Shown here: piece after piece, positions 9,007 through 17,605 of the stretch
How positions within the stretch are numbered: position 1 is the first letter of the stretch
How the letters are laid out: every line of letters begins with the position of its first letter
From: Caldivirga maquilingensis IC-167
Lineage (GTDB): Archaea; Thermoproteota; Thermoprotei; Thermoproteales; Thermocladiaceae
Length of the DNA: 32,000 nucleotides
Direction: 5' to 3'
NCBI RefSeq assembly: GCF_000018305.1
Contig: NC_009954.1
Coordinates: 1,140,001 to 1,172,000 of the forward strand
Notes under the pieces: model-generated
What the model saw: only the letters and a program-made list of their open reading frames with translations
Database searches by the model: none
What the model was told of the DNA's origin: nothing
Program-made: the position numbers and the translations under genes

Positions 9007-10440
9007 CTACTCCACCTCCTCCCTAAGCATCCTCTTAATCATACTGTACTGCACCAGGGCCCATAGTGCCCTAGCACCCCTATCTGGTGTTGCGTAAACT
9101 GGTATTCCATTATCCTCCAGGGCCTCATTGAACTTCTCCATCATTGCGCTACCGCCGAAGGAGACTACAACCATGGGTTTCCCATATCTTTTAGCATCAA
9201 TAATGTAGTTGACGAGGTTTGGGGTTAAGCCAGGTATCTGCATTAAGGCTACTATGAGGGCCATGTCAACGTAACTAGTGGGTAGGATTGAGTCAAGCAC
9301 TATCTTATAGTACTCATCAGTCGCACTACCGGTTACGTCAACCGGATTCCTAACTATTGCCAAGGGTGGTAGGAATTTCCTAAGCATTGATTGGATCGTT
9401 TCAGGTAATTCAGGAACTTCAAGACCAAGCATTGATAAGGTGTCCACTGCCTGAATCCCCATTCCACCGCTATCAGTAAGCACAAGCACCCTCCTACCCC
9501 TTGGTAATGGTTGCGTGGCTAAGGCCTTGGCTAAGTCAAACATCTCCCTAACACTATTAGCCTCAATTAAACCAGCCTGCCTAAAGGCACCCCTGTAGAT
9601 TTCATAGTCACCGGCTAATGCCGCAGTATGGCTTGCCACAGCACCTGCCGATGCCTTAGTTCTACCAGCCTTATAGACTATTACCGGCTTTATTTGAGTA
9701 ACCTTCTTAGCTGTTTCAAGGAATCTTAAGCCCTCGCCAGGGTACTTTAAACCCTCCATGTATATTGTAATCACCTTAACATTACTATTATTAGCCAGGT
9801 ACTCCAGTAACTCTGACTCATTAACATCAAGCTTATTACCGTAATTCACAGCTAAACCTATGCCCAGTCTCCTCCTTGATGCCCAGTCAAGTATCGCCGC
9901 TGCAACCGCCCCCGACTGGCTTATTAAGGCTATTGGGCCCTTAGGCGGCCTACCCATCCTATCCTCAGGTAGGAAGAAGGTGTCGAGGCCATTATCAGCA
10001 TTATAAACCCCTATGCAATTTGGGCCAAGAACCCTAACCTGAGTGTTCTTAACAATTTCCCTAACCTCATCCTCAAGTCTCCTACCTTCATCCCCAACCT
10101 CACTGAAGCCACCGCTGATTATTATTAATGCCTTAACATTCTTCTTCACAGCCTCAGCGGTAACCTGGGGGACCACGGGGGCTGGTACAGCTATTACTGC
10201 TAAGTCAACTTCATCATTCACCTCAGTGATGCTCTTATAGCATTTAGCACCATTTATTGAATCATACCTTGGATTAACTAGAATAACCTTCCCCTTAAAT
10301 TTACTCAGTAAATTACTCATTATGACGTAACCAACATGACCCGGCTTAGGTGTCGCCCCAATTACTGCAACCGATGATGGGTAAAACAATGCCTCAATCC
10401 CCCCTTTACTGACTGCTTCCCTGGTTTGTTCAATAACCAT
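9007..10440 (-). CDS. acdA: ADP-forming acetyl-CoA synthetase, alpha subunit (CoA-binding / succinyl-CoA-synthetase-like)
   Basis: Contains the CoA-binding segment VAVIGATPKPGHVG, GPNCIGV, SQSGA and a phosphohistidine-loop-like AVASHTAALAG. Length is 477 aa. A TATA-like TTTAAATATATT lies about 30 nt upstream. Confidence 0.85.
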   Translation of the reverse strand: MVIEQTREAVSKGGIEALFYPSSVAVIGATPKPGHVGYVIMSNLLSKFKGKVILVNPRYDSINGAKCYKSITEVNDEVDLAVIAVPAPVVPQVTAEAVKKNVKALIIISGGFSEVGDEGRRLEDEVREIVKNTQVRVLGPNCIGVYNADNGLDTFFLPEDRMGRPPKGPIALISQSGAVAAAILDWASRRRLGIGLAVNYGNKLDVNESELLEYLANNSNVKVITIYMEGLKYPGEGLRFLETAKKVTQIKPVIVYKAGRTKASAGAVASHTAALAGDYEIYRGAFRQAGLIEANSVREMFDLAKALATQPLPRGRRVLVLTDSGGMGIQAVDTLSMLGLEVPELPETIQSMLRKFLPPLAIVRNPVDVTGSATDEYYKIVLDSILPTSYVDMALIVALMQIPGLTPNLVNYIIDAKRYGKPMVVVSFGGSAMMEKFNEALEDNGIPVYATPDRGARALWALVQYSMIKRMLREEVE

Positions 10441-10538
10441 ATAGTACTAAATAGTTACTAGTGGTTTAAATATATTCTCACTCCCTTAAACACACATTAT
10501 ACCCTTCTGCGAAGGGTTTATTTAAAGGGGCAAGTATT

Positions 10539-11663
10539 ATGGCTGCAATGAGTCAGCATAGTGAGGTAATGGGTAACATTGACTATGTTGGGTTCTATAA
10601 GGATGAGTTAACGGATTACTACGTGTACAGTACCCTTGCTAGGGTTGAGAGGAATAAGGATAGAAGGAGCGCGTTAATGGAGATTGCCTCAACAGAACTT
10701 AGACATGCTAAGTATTGGGAGGCAAGGGCTAGGGAGTTAGGGTTAAGTGTTGGTGAGTTTAAGGTTCCGTGGCTTAAGATTATTTTCTACCTAACCCTAA
10801 GGCTACTCTTCGGTCTTGCAGTTGTTATTAGGCTTAGGGAGAGAGAGGAGGATGAGGCTATAGTAAGGTATGTTAACGCCAGGGATGTTGTTAAGGATCC
10901 TGCGCTTGATGAGATAATTAAGGATGAGGTAATACATGAGGATTACTTCATAGAGGAGGCAACTAAGATGAGTGAACGCTTCAATAATATTAGGGACTTC
11001 ATATACGGTATGAGTGATGGCCTAGTTGAAGTAATGGCAGCATTAGCCGGATTAGTGCCCGTTGTAGTTAACCCACTGTTAATAGCCATGGCCGGCTTAA
11101 TAGTTGGTGTTGCCGGTACAATATCAATGAGTATAGGAGCCTACATGTCTGTTAAGGCTCAGTCCGAGTTAATGAACTACAGGGTGAATAAGGTTAAGAC
11201 AGCCCTCAGGGTAATGCCCATTAGCACCGTTACCGATAAGGTACTTGACATTTTAAAAAGCAGCGGCGTACCCGAGGAGAAGGCTAGGAGTATTGCAAGG
11301 GAATTAAGCGAATATAAGGATGCGGTATCGGACATGGTTATAACAAGGGAATTAGGCTACGTGGAGTCCACTGAGAATGCCGCTAAATCAGCCGTGAGCA
11401 CCGGTGTATCCTACATAATCGGCGCTGCCTTAGTCATATTACCGTTCCCAACCATTGGATTAGTGAACAGGTATGCGGCATTATTCACGTCAATAGTACT
11501 AATGATTATAGCTACATCAGTGGCCGGTGTATTCACTGCAGCTTCAAGTAACGCTAAGATGCGTAGTGTTATTGCGAGGAATGTTGGATTAAGCCTACTT
11601 GCATTAACGGTAACATACCTAGTGGGTTCACTGGCCCATGCCCTAGGCGCCACGGTTACGTGA
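10539..11663 (+). CDS. VIT1/CCC1-family Fe/Mn transporter with an N-terminal ferritin/rubrerythrin-like domain
   Basis: The N-terminal part has EL-H and E-x-x-H helices (ELRHAKYWE, DEVIHEDYF). The C-terminal part has GMSDGLVEVMAALAG and several TM helices. The second in-frame ATG at 10548 fits the upstream TATA spacing better. Confidence 0.8.
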   Translation: MAAMSQHSEVMGNIDYVGFYKDELTDYYVYSTLARVERNKDRRSALMEIASTELRHAKYWEARARELGLSVGEFKVPWLKIIFYLTLRLLFGLAVVIRLREREEDEAIVRYVNARDVVKDPALDEIIKDEVIHEDYFIEEATKMSERFNNIRDFIYGMSDGLVEVMAALAGLVPVVVNPLLIAMAGLIVGVAGTISMSIGAYMSVKAQSELMNYRVNKVKTALRVMPISTVTDKVLDILKSSGVPEEKARSIARELSEYKDAVSDMVITRELGYVESTENAAKSAVSTGVSYIIGAALVILPFPTIGLVNRYAALFTSIVLMIIATSVAGVFTAASSNAKMRSVIARNVGLSLLALTVTYLVGSLAHALGATVT

Positions 11664-11750
11664 AGCAGGCTTAATGATTCATAACTGGAGTTATAATCCA
11701 ACATTAGGCCAGTACCCTCTTAAGGCATTTAAGTCCAAAGTTAACACCTA

Positions 11751-11774
11751 ATTAGGTTCATCAATGAACCTAAT
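11751..11774. repeat. 24-bp palindrome ATTAGGTTCAT-CA-ATGAACCTAAT (11-nt perfect arms, 2-nt centre)
   Basis: Read directly and reverse-complement checked. It lies 88 nt after the VIT1 stop and about 130 nt before the orphan gene start. Confidence 0.9.
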
Positions 11775-11870
11775 GTAGCCTCAGTCATGGATGCCGCCCA
11801 AGTGGCCTCATAAAGGTGAGTAACATCCAAGGCCTCGGCATACAGCTCTTAAGGCGTGAGGAATAGTGTC

Positions 11871-11885
11871 AAAAGCTTTAAATTC
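11871..11885 (+). promoter_or_regulatory. putative BRE/TATA element for the 11903 orphan gene (AAAAG-CTTTAAATTC)
   Basis: TTTAAA at 11877-11882 lies 21-26 nt upstream of the GTG start and is preceded by a purine-rich stretch. The spacing matches other leaderless genes in the window. Confidence 0.4.
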
Positions 11886-11902
11886 TTATATTTCACTTCT
11901 AC

Positions 11903-13525
11903 GTGACAAGCGTGATATTCGAGGTTCCCTCCTATTTACGTCTTAAGGATTCTTTGGAGGGCAATGAGCCGGTTATTGTAACCGGTCTACCTCGTAGCGG
12001 TATATCCACAGCCCTCAACTGGGTTTTAAACACCAGTGACGCCGCGGGAATTGGTAAAACAGGTTTTAAGATTATGGAGTTACCCAAAGCGTTTAATGAA
12101 GATGCTCAACTGTCTATGCTTCTTTCCAAGCTCAAGGGGCAGCTCGATCAGCATGGGGAACGTTTTATCGTTAGTGGTAGAAGCAATGTTGTAGAGTTTG
12201 TGTTCAGTAACGGGGGCAACGTACGTGGTGGCAGGGATTGGTTTATAGGCATTTATCAAGGTCTAAGGAGCTTGAGACGTAGGCTTCTTTCCCTCTCCTA
12301 TGAATGGGAGCCGGTGATTGTTGATGGTTTCCGCACATACATGTTCTCCTTCAGTAAGGAGGATGCCGTGATCTTGGCTGAACACTTGGGTGTTAGAAGG
12401 GATAAGGATGTTGATGCTGTTTTAGAGTACTCGAGCTTTAAATCACTTTTCCGCGGGGTGTATTTGCCTGGGCTCATTGTTGAGGGAACACGCAAAATAC
12501 TTAATGGTGAAGAACTCTTCGAGCAGAATGAGAGAATCGGTGAGTCGGAGCGCATGTTTGTGTTCAGTGCCCCTCTCCTTACCTCCGCAGCAGAGGCTTT
12601 TGCTGAATCACCGGTGGAAGCCGCGAGTAGTATTGCGGAAACCGTGGGTAGGTTTATTACGGGCATGGGGTTAGCTTGGGAGCTGGGTGTGCTCTTCGCT
12701 TCATTTTTTGGCTTTGGATCATTCTCAGAGAAACGTTTTGAAAAGGAACTTGTCAGCGTGGGTAATGCTTGGCGCACGCTTCCAGAAGACAAGCGTGAGG
12801 TGATTGCGAGTGTGTACGATCGCGAATTAAAACTTATCCCAGGCACCTCAAGATCGGTCTTAGATGACCTCTTCCTAGGGGTTTCAACTCTCAGATCTAA
12901 AGTTGAACAGGCGTGGTCGTATATTAGACAGGTGGAGGTGCATCAGACCTACGACACACTACTTTCTAGACGGGACGCCTCTCTTGAGCTTGTGAAAATT
13001 ATTAAACAGTCGCATACAGGGGTTCAACTCACTTCCAAGGGTCGTGGAAGTGAAGTGGCTGAGCTTACCTCGTTGATTAGAAACGCAAAGGAAGAGGTAC
13101 GCATTTGGAGACAGGGCTTTTCAGCAGTGAATGAGCTCATCCCCGTTTTTAAAGAGTTCTTAACACGGCCAAACACCGAGATAAAGGTCTTACTAAAGAT
13201 TGATCAATTCTCACTGCAAAACGCATCGCGTCTACTCGAACTAGCTAGGGTATACCCTAACCTAGAATTAGCCCACTTTGATTCATCCCTAAGAGGAGAA
13301 ATATACGATCAGCTTAAGCTACGCCTCGTAACGAAGACTCCGCGCACACCTACCACTATAGATGACCCTCGCGTCCCAGGCACCGACTCAGAGTTTTACT
13401 ATGCTGTTTGGCTCACAGAGGACAAGGAGTGGCTTGACTTCGCGCTGGGCCTCTGGGATTACTGCTGGTCTAAGGCTGTTCACGACGTCGAGTCAGTTAT
13501 ATCCACATTCAGAGAACTAATGTAA
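11903..13525 (+). CDS. orphan 540-aa protein: degenerate P-loop-like N-terminal region, one central hydrophobic helix, uncharacterised C-terminal alpha/beta region; foreign codon usage
   Basis: A long ORF with a GTG start and its own TATA. Contains PVIVTGLPRSGIST (Walker-A shape with Ile in place of Lys), EPVIVDGF (Walker-B-like) and FITGMGLAWELGVLFASFFGFGSF (aa 251-274). I recognise no family. Confidence 0.75.
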   Translation: MTSVIFEVPSYLRLKDSLEGNEPVIVTGLPRSGISTALNWVLNTSDAAGIGKTGFKIMELPKAFNEDAQLSMLLSKLKGQLDQHGERFIVSGRSNVVEFVFSNGGNVRGGRDWFIGIYQGLRSLRRRLLSLSYEWEPVIVDGFRTYMFSFSKEDAVILAEHLGVRRDKDVDAVLEYSSFKSLFRGVYLPGLIVEGTRKILNGEELFEQNERIGESERMFVFSAPLLTSAAEAFAESPVEAASSIAETVGRFITGMGLAWELGVLFASFFGFGSFSEKRFEKELVSVGNAWRTLPEDKREVIASVYDRELKLIPGTSRSVLDDLFLGVSTLRSKVEQAWSYIRQVEVHQTYDTLLSRRDASLELVKIIKQSHTGVQLTSKGRGSEVAELTSLIRNAKEEVRIWRQGFSAVNELIPVFKEFLTRPNTEIKVLLKIDQFSLQNASRLLELARVYPNLELAHFDSSLRGEIYDQLKLRLVTKTPRTPTTIDDPRVPGTDSEFYYAVWLTEDKEWLDFALGLWDYCWSKAVHDVESVISTFRELM

Positions 13526-13700
13526 ATAGAGATGCAGTTAAAGAGTAACGAAGGCCACACTGTGTAAGTGAATTTTCTTAATTGCATCGTGGTTTACACC
13601 GCTCGCCTACTTCTAATCACTCTATTTATTAAGTAGGGAAATTAAGTGTTACTGCAGTTTATCATGAGATTAAATTACTAGTGATGTGCAGTATGGTGAT

Positions 13701-14630
13701 TCACTTAATTGAGTAAAGTTCAACATCACCCTCCTTAATAATCCTAAGCAGCCTCCTCCTCTTATAGAATCTTATTATAGCGTTGGCTGTTATTAAGGCC
13801 TGTGGGTACAGGCTCCTCTTAACCCCATACTCATGTATCAGGTTATCCGCAAACTCGCAGATTGTTAATGGTCTTTCACTGAGGAGTACCTTGGCTATCC
13901 CCAGTAGCCTATTCATAGCCTCAATTGAGGCTTCAATAAATTCTTCAACTTCATTCCCCTCAAGAACCCTCTTGGAGAATGGTAGGTAATTATGCCCTGG
14001 TACAAGCATCTTAACCTTAATACTCTTAAGCGTATTCAGTGTCTGTAAGTAATCGTCAATCGATGAAACCTGTGGTATTGAATCTGTTGTACTCAACCCC
14101 CTTATGCCTAAACCCTGCACTGCGTCTGATGTAAACATTACATCATCCACAATACACACCACAGTACCTGAAGTGTGGCCGAAGGCTTCAATACACTTAA
14201 CGCCATTTAAATTAAGCATACCTCTAAAGGATTCGTGAACCACTGGTGAACCAACTTTACTCCTAAAGTCTCTTATGAAGGATTCCGTGAATTCAGGGGT
14301 GAAGCATGACCTATATTTAAGTGAGAAGAAGGAATCCACGTTAATGACATTATTGTATAAGAACCCTCTGGCAGCCTCATGCGCAATCACCCTAACACCC
14401 CTACTGGCTAAGTAACCGCTTCCACCTGCATGATCCTCATGGGGATGCGTTATTATAGCCACCTTAGGTAGCCCTATTACCTTAACCACATCCTCAATTA
14501 TGCTTGAGGTTGATGTATCGAGTAATACTCCACTATCCTTTACGTAAACCATGTTTAACTCAACATCACCGTAATACGTACCTACGAGACTAACCCTACT
14601 GGTTAAATCCCTAATAGTAACCTCAACCAT
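13701..14630 (-). CDS. metallo-beta-lactamase (MBL) fold hydrolase
   Basis: Contains the HxHxDH motif ITHPHEDHAGG, a later GHTSG, and PGH. Length is 309 aa. Confidence 0.85.
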   Translation of the reverse strand: MVEVTIRDLTSRVSLVGTYYGDVELNMVYVKDSGVLLDTSTSSIIEDVVKVIGLPKVAIITHPHEDHAGGSGYLASRGVRVIAHEAARGFLYNNVINVDSFFSLKYRSCFTPEFTESFIRDFRSKVGSPVVHESFRGMLNLNGVKCIEAFGHTSGTVVCIVDDVMFTSDAVQGLGIRGLSTTDSIPQVSSIDDYLQTLNTLKSIKVKMLVPGHNYLPFSKRVLEGNEVEEFIEASIEAMNRLLGIAKVLLSERPLTICEFADNLIHEYGVKRSLYPQALITANAIIRFYKRRRLLRIIKEGDVELYSIK

Positions 14631-14756
14631 ACCCTAAGCCTAGGTGTGATATTTAAAGTATTACACCATTAATATATTATTCCTCATTACGTAGGCGTCT
14701 CATTAAGGTTAATTATTGAAGCTGTTTAAATCATCACTAAGACTCCTGATGCGTTA

Positions 14757-15644
14757 TTAACGTTGAGTTGAGTTACGTCTCTTAAGTATCTTAATTACTG
14801 CTGAGAAATCATCATCACTTAACCCATCTGCCTCGCTCATTCTATATAATTGAAGCGCCAATGCAGCCATTGGTACTGGGACCCCTAACCTGCTAGCCTC
14901 CTTATTAACCAAGTCGAGGTCCTTTCTCATGTGTTTAGTGGCGAATTGAGTGGTGAAATCATTGTTAATCATCTTAGGTACCTTAAGTTCCGAGGTTGGT
15001 GACCTAGCACTTGACAGTTTAGTTAAAACATCCATTATTACACTACTGCTTAACCCCATGGCTTCACCTAAATTAACCACCTCGGCTAATGCTGCTACGT
15101 AGGAGCCGAGTAGGGCATTATTAATTAACTTTGCGTAGAGTCCATACCCATTTGGCCCAACGTGAACTACATAGCGGGCAAAGTGCTTAACTACCTCGTA
15201 GGCCCTCTCGTAAGCTTCCCTCTCACCACCAATAAGTACCACAGCCTCACGCTTCTCAATGAGTATTGAAGTACCTATGATTGGTGCATCAACCATTAAC
15301 CCACCCTTCTCCTTAATCTTGTTAGCTAACTCAATTGATGTGGAGGGTGATATTGTTGACATTTCAATCACTAGGGAACCTTGCTTAATCCCATTAATTA
15401 CACCGTTCTCACCCAGCATAATGGATTTAACGGCATCATCATCAGACACTATTGATAATACTACATCAACGTTCCTAGCTAATTCAGCAGGGTTATTGAA
15501 CACATTAACCTTATTCTCCTCAGCGAACTTAATGGCCTTGCTCATAGTCCTATTAAACACCCCTATTAATAATCCATCATCCTTAAGATTCTTGGCAATC
15601 CTCCAGCCCATTGTACCTAACCCTATTAACCCTACATTAACCAT
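14757..15644 (-). CDS. NAD(P)-dependent 3-hydroxyisobutyrate / 6-phosphogluconate dehydrogenase-family oxidoreductase
   Basis: The N-terminal Rossmann motif is VGLIGLGTMGWRIAKNL. The catalytic-Lys region is ATKHMRKDL. Length is 295 aa. Confidence 0.85.
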   Translation of the reverse strand: MVNVGLIGLGTMGWRIAKNLKDDGLLIGVFNRTMSKAIKFAEENKVNVFNNPAELARNVDVVLSIVSDDDAVKSIMLGENGVINGIKQGSLVIEMSTISPSTSIELANKIKEKGGLMVDAPIIGTSILIEKREAVVLIGGEREAYERAYEVVKHFARYVVHVGPNGYGLYAKLINNALLGSYVAALAEVVNLGEAMGLSSSVIMDVLTKLSSARSPTSELKVPKMINNDFTTQFATKHMRKDLDLVNKEASRLGVPVPMAALALQLYRMSEADGLSDDDFSAVIKILKRRNSTQR

Positions 15645-15812
15645 AAGCCCACTTACCCTGATTAAAGTTAAACTTAACGCTCACGTTAACCCCTTCAGAG
15701 CATTAGCTTACTTCCTTAAATCCAAGGCCTTGAGTAGGTTTAAGGCATCATGTCTATTAATGATGATTACGCTTAGGCTAAACTATATTTACCACCCTGA
15801 TGTTGATTAGTT

Positions 15813-15998
15813 ATGGAGTTGGATCCAAGTGTAGCACGCTTAGCATATACGCTATCTATAATATTCCTAGTCCTGGCTCTCTTCGCATTACCCTTTGATA
15901 TTCATGTTGAGGCAGCCTTAATAATCGACCTAGTGGTAATAGGAATGTTGGCTGCATTCCTAGTATTCATCATAGTTAACGTTAAGAGGAGTTCATGA
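15813..15998 (+). CDS. small hypothetical membrane protein (two predicted TM helices)
   Basis: A 61-aa ORF with two hydrophobic stretches and no recognisable family. It is supported only by ORF length and position upstream of the rSAM genes. Confidence 0.35.
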   Translation: MELDPSVARLAYTLSIIFLVLALFALPFDIHVEAALIIDLVVIGMLAAFLVFIIVNVKRSS

Positions 15999-16090
15999 GT
16001 AGGTCCACCTTAATGTGGAAGCATCATTGTGCAGTAAGTTGGTTTAATGGGTAAACAGGCTAATATTCAGGTAATGCATTATGAGGAATT

Positions 16091-17596
16091 ATGTCCTCAA
16101 TCATGGATAATATTACTAATAAAGTCTCTGAGAGAAGTGGTACGGGTGCATTAATCGCCGCCATTAGGATGCTTAATAGGGGTGCTGTACGTCATGCATT
16201 ATCAGCCTTAATGAAGGAGGTTGAGTTTAATGGTGAGAGGAAGCCACTGCTTGAGTGGGTTATGGCGGCCTACGCTGGTAATGAACCCTGCCCAACCATT
16301 GCTCATTTGGCGTCACCGTTCTTTAAGGCTATGGTTAAATTAACCATGAGCTACTTCCATGCTGATGAGGATGAGGTTAAGCAAATACTGAGTGACCCAG
16401 CTATTAGGAGGGGTATTGTTACTACACTTAAAGGTATTGCACTATTCGGTGTAACCACGCCTCAGAAGCTTCCAGCCCCATTCTTCATAGTTTGGAACTT
16501 CACTAACCTATGTAACCTTAAGTGTATTCACTGTTACCAGAATGCTGGTAGGCCATTACCAAATGAATTAACCCTAGAGGAGAAGCTTAGGGTTGTTAAG
16601 GAGCTTGATGAGGCTGGTGTACCGGCAATAGCCTTATCAGGTGGTGAACCAACAATACACCCAGACTTCTTAACAGTATTAAATGAAATGAATAGGAGGG
16701 GTTTCTACTCCGCAGTGGCCACTAATGGGCTCATGTTCGCTAATATGGAGTTCGCTGAAAGGGTTAAGAAGGCTGGGTTAAGGTACGTGGAGATTAGTAT
16801 TGATGCTGCTGATCCAGCAGTCCACGATAAGTTTAGGGGTGTTGAGGGGGCTTGGGATAAGGCGGTTAGGGGGCTTATTAACGCCGTTAAGTTAGGCTTC
16901 AGCACTGCCTTAGCCTTCACAGTGACTAAGACTAATATTGACCAGGTTGATAAGATACTTGACCTAGCCCAGGAAATAGGCGTGAGGAGGGTTGTCTTCT
17001 TCAACTTCGTCCCAGTGGGGAGGGGTCGTGAAAACCTGGATATTGACCTATCCCCCGAGGAGAGGGAGAGTTTCATGAGGCATATTTACATGGAGATGAA
17101 GAGGAGGAACATGGAGATAGTCACCACGGCACCATACTACGGTAGGGTTGTTAACCAATTAAGTAACAATAAGGACAATGCCCCAACACACTTCGTGATC
17201 GCCAATGACCCGATAACAAGGGAATTAACAGAATTCATCGGTGGCTGTGGAGCTGGCAGAATATACGCGGCCATTGAACCAGAAGGCACTCTCACTCCAT
17301 GCGTCTTCTTACCTTACCCAGTGGGTAACCTTAGGACTAAGTCGTTCTGGGATATTTGGATGGATCCGTTTATGGAGAATTTCAGGGATAGGGGTAGGCT
17401 TAAGGGCTTCTGTGGTCAATGCCCATATAAGATGATTTGCGGTGGTTGTAGGGCTAGGGCATACGGCTACTTCGGCGATGTCCTAGCCCCGGACCCAGGC
17501 TGCATATATAATTCCAAGGAGTGGAGGAGGCTTAAGGAGGAGGCTGAGCAGTGGGCTAAGATTAAGGTCACTGCTTCTAAGCTAGGGTTTAAGTGA
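16091..17596 (+). CDS. radical SAM protein with a C-terminal SPASM domain and an N-terminal extension of about 120 aa
   Basis: The CX3CX2C motif CNLKCIHC lies at nt 16511-16534, followed by GGEPT. The SPASM cysteines are GGCGAGRIYAAIEPEGTLTPC, CGQCPYKMICGGC and PGC. There are 11 Cys in total. Confidence 0.9.
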   Translation: MSSIMDNITNKVSERSGTGALIAAIRMLNRGAVRHALSALMKEVEFNGERKPLLEWVMAAYAGNEPCPTIAHLASPFFKAMVKLTMSYFHADEDEVKQILSDPAIRRGIVTTLKGIALFGVTTPQKLPAPFFIVWNFTNLCNLKCIHCYQNAGRPLPNELTLEEKLRVVKELDEAGVPAIALSGGEPTIHPDFLTVLNEMNRRGFYSAVATNGLMFANMEFAERVKKAGLRYVEISIDAADPAVHDKFRGVEGAWDKAVRGLINAVKLGFSTALAFTVTKTNIDQVDKILDLAQEIGVRRVVFFNFVPVGRGRENLDIDLSPEERESFMRHIYMEMKRRNMEIVTTAPYYGRVVNQLSNNKDNAPTHFVIANDPITRELTEFIGGCGAGRIYAAIEPEGTLTPCVFLPYPVGNLRTKSFWDIWMDPFMENFRDRGRLKGFCGQCPYKMICGGCRARAYGYFGDVLAPDPGCIYNSKEWRRLKEEAEQWAKIKVTASKLGFK

Positions 17597-17601
17597 GGTG
17601 A
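17595..17601 (+). promoter_or_regulatory. Shine-Dalgarno GAGGTGA for the downstream rSAM gene
   Basis: GAGGTGA overlaps the TGA stop of the upstream gene and lies 4 nt before the ATG at 17606, which implies one transcript. Confidence 0.6.
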
Positions 17602-17605
17602 TTAA

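Noticed and set aside
12298-12846. A 182-aa minus-strand ORF nested inside the orphan gene, the longest antisense ORF in the window.
   Set aside because: It lies entirely antisense to a better ORF. Its composition is Ser/Pro/Thr/Lys-rich and low-complexity, as is typical of antisense frames. No TATA box sits at the expected distance. I treat it as a by-product of the sense-strand codon bias.
11818-13556. Possible target-site duplication flanking the foreign gene: GAGTAAC-ATCC-AAGGCC (11818-11834) versus GAGTAAC-G-AAGGCC (13543-13556).
   Set aside because: The match is only 7+6 nt with an indel, well within chance for two spacers of about 200 bp. No integrase or att-like longer repeat is present. 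It is not sufficient to define island borders.
15760-15800. C/D-box sRNA-like signals: ATGATGA at 15760-15766 and CTGA at 15797-15800.
   Set aside because: Only 30 nt separate the boxes, too short for C-guide-D'-C'-guide-D. There is no internal D'/C' pair and no terminal complementary stem. TGATGA-like strings at 27169 and 28201 also lack a downstream CTGA.
15259-15810. A 183-aa plus-strand ORF overlapping the 5' half of the dehydrogenase gene and running into the spacer.
   Set aside because: It is antisense to a gene with clear Rossmann and catalytic motifs. Its translation is Ser/Thr/Ile/Leu/Asn-rich (for example TASSSDTIDNTTSTF) with no motif. Most likely spurious.
16091-17596. Calling the rSAM/SPASM protein the archaeal tetraether synthase (Tes/GDGT-MAS) because of its about 500-aa size and SPASM-like C-terminus, and calling its B12-rSAM neighbour a GDGT ring synthase.
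   Set aside because: The 11 cysteines fit one rSAM cluster plus two auxiliary clusters. They leave none for the additional rubredoxin-like iron site reported for GDGT-MAS, and I cannot align to the reference sequences from memory. I keep it only as one alternative to test.
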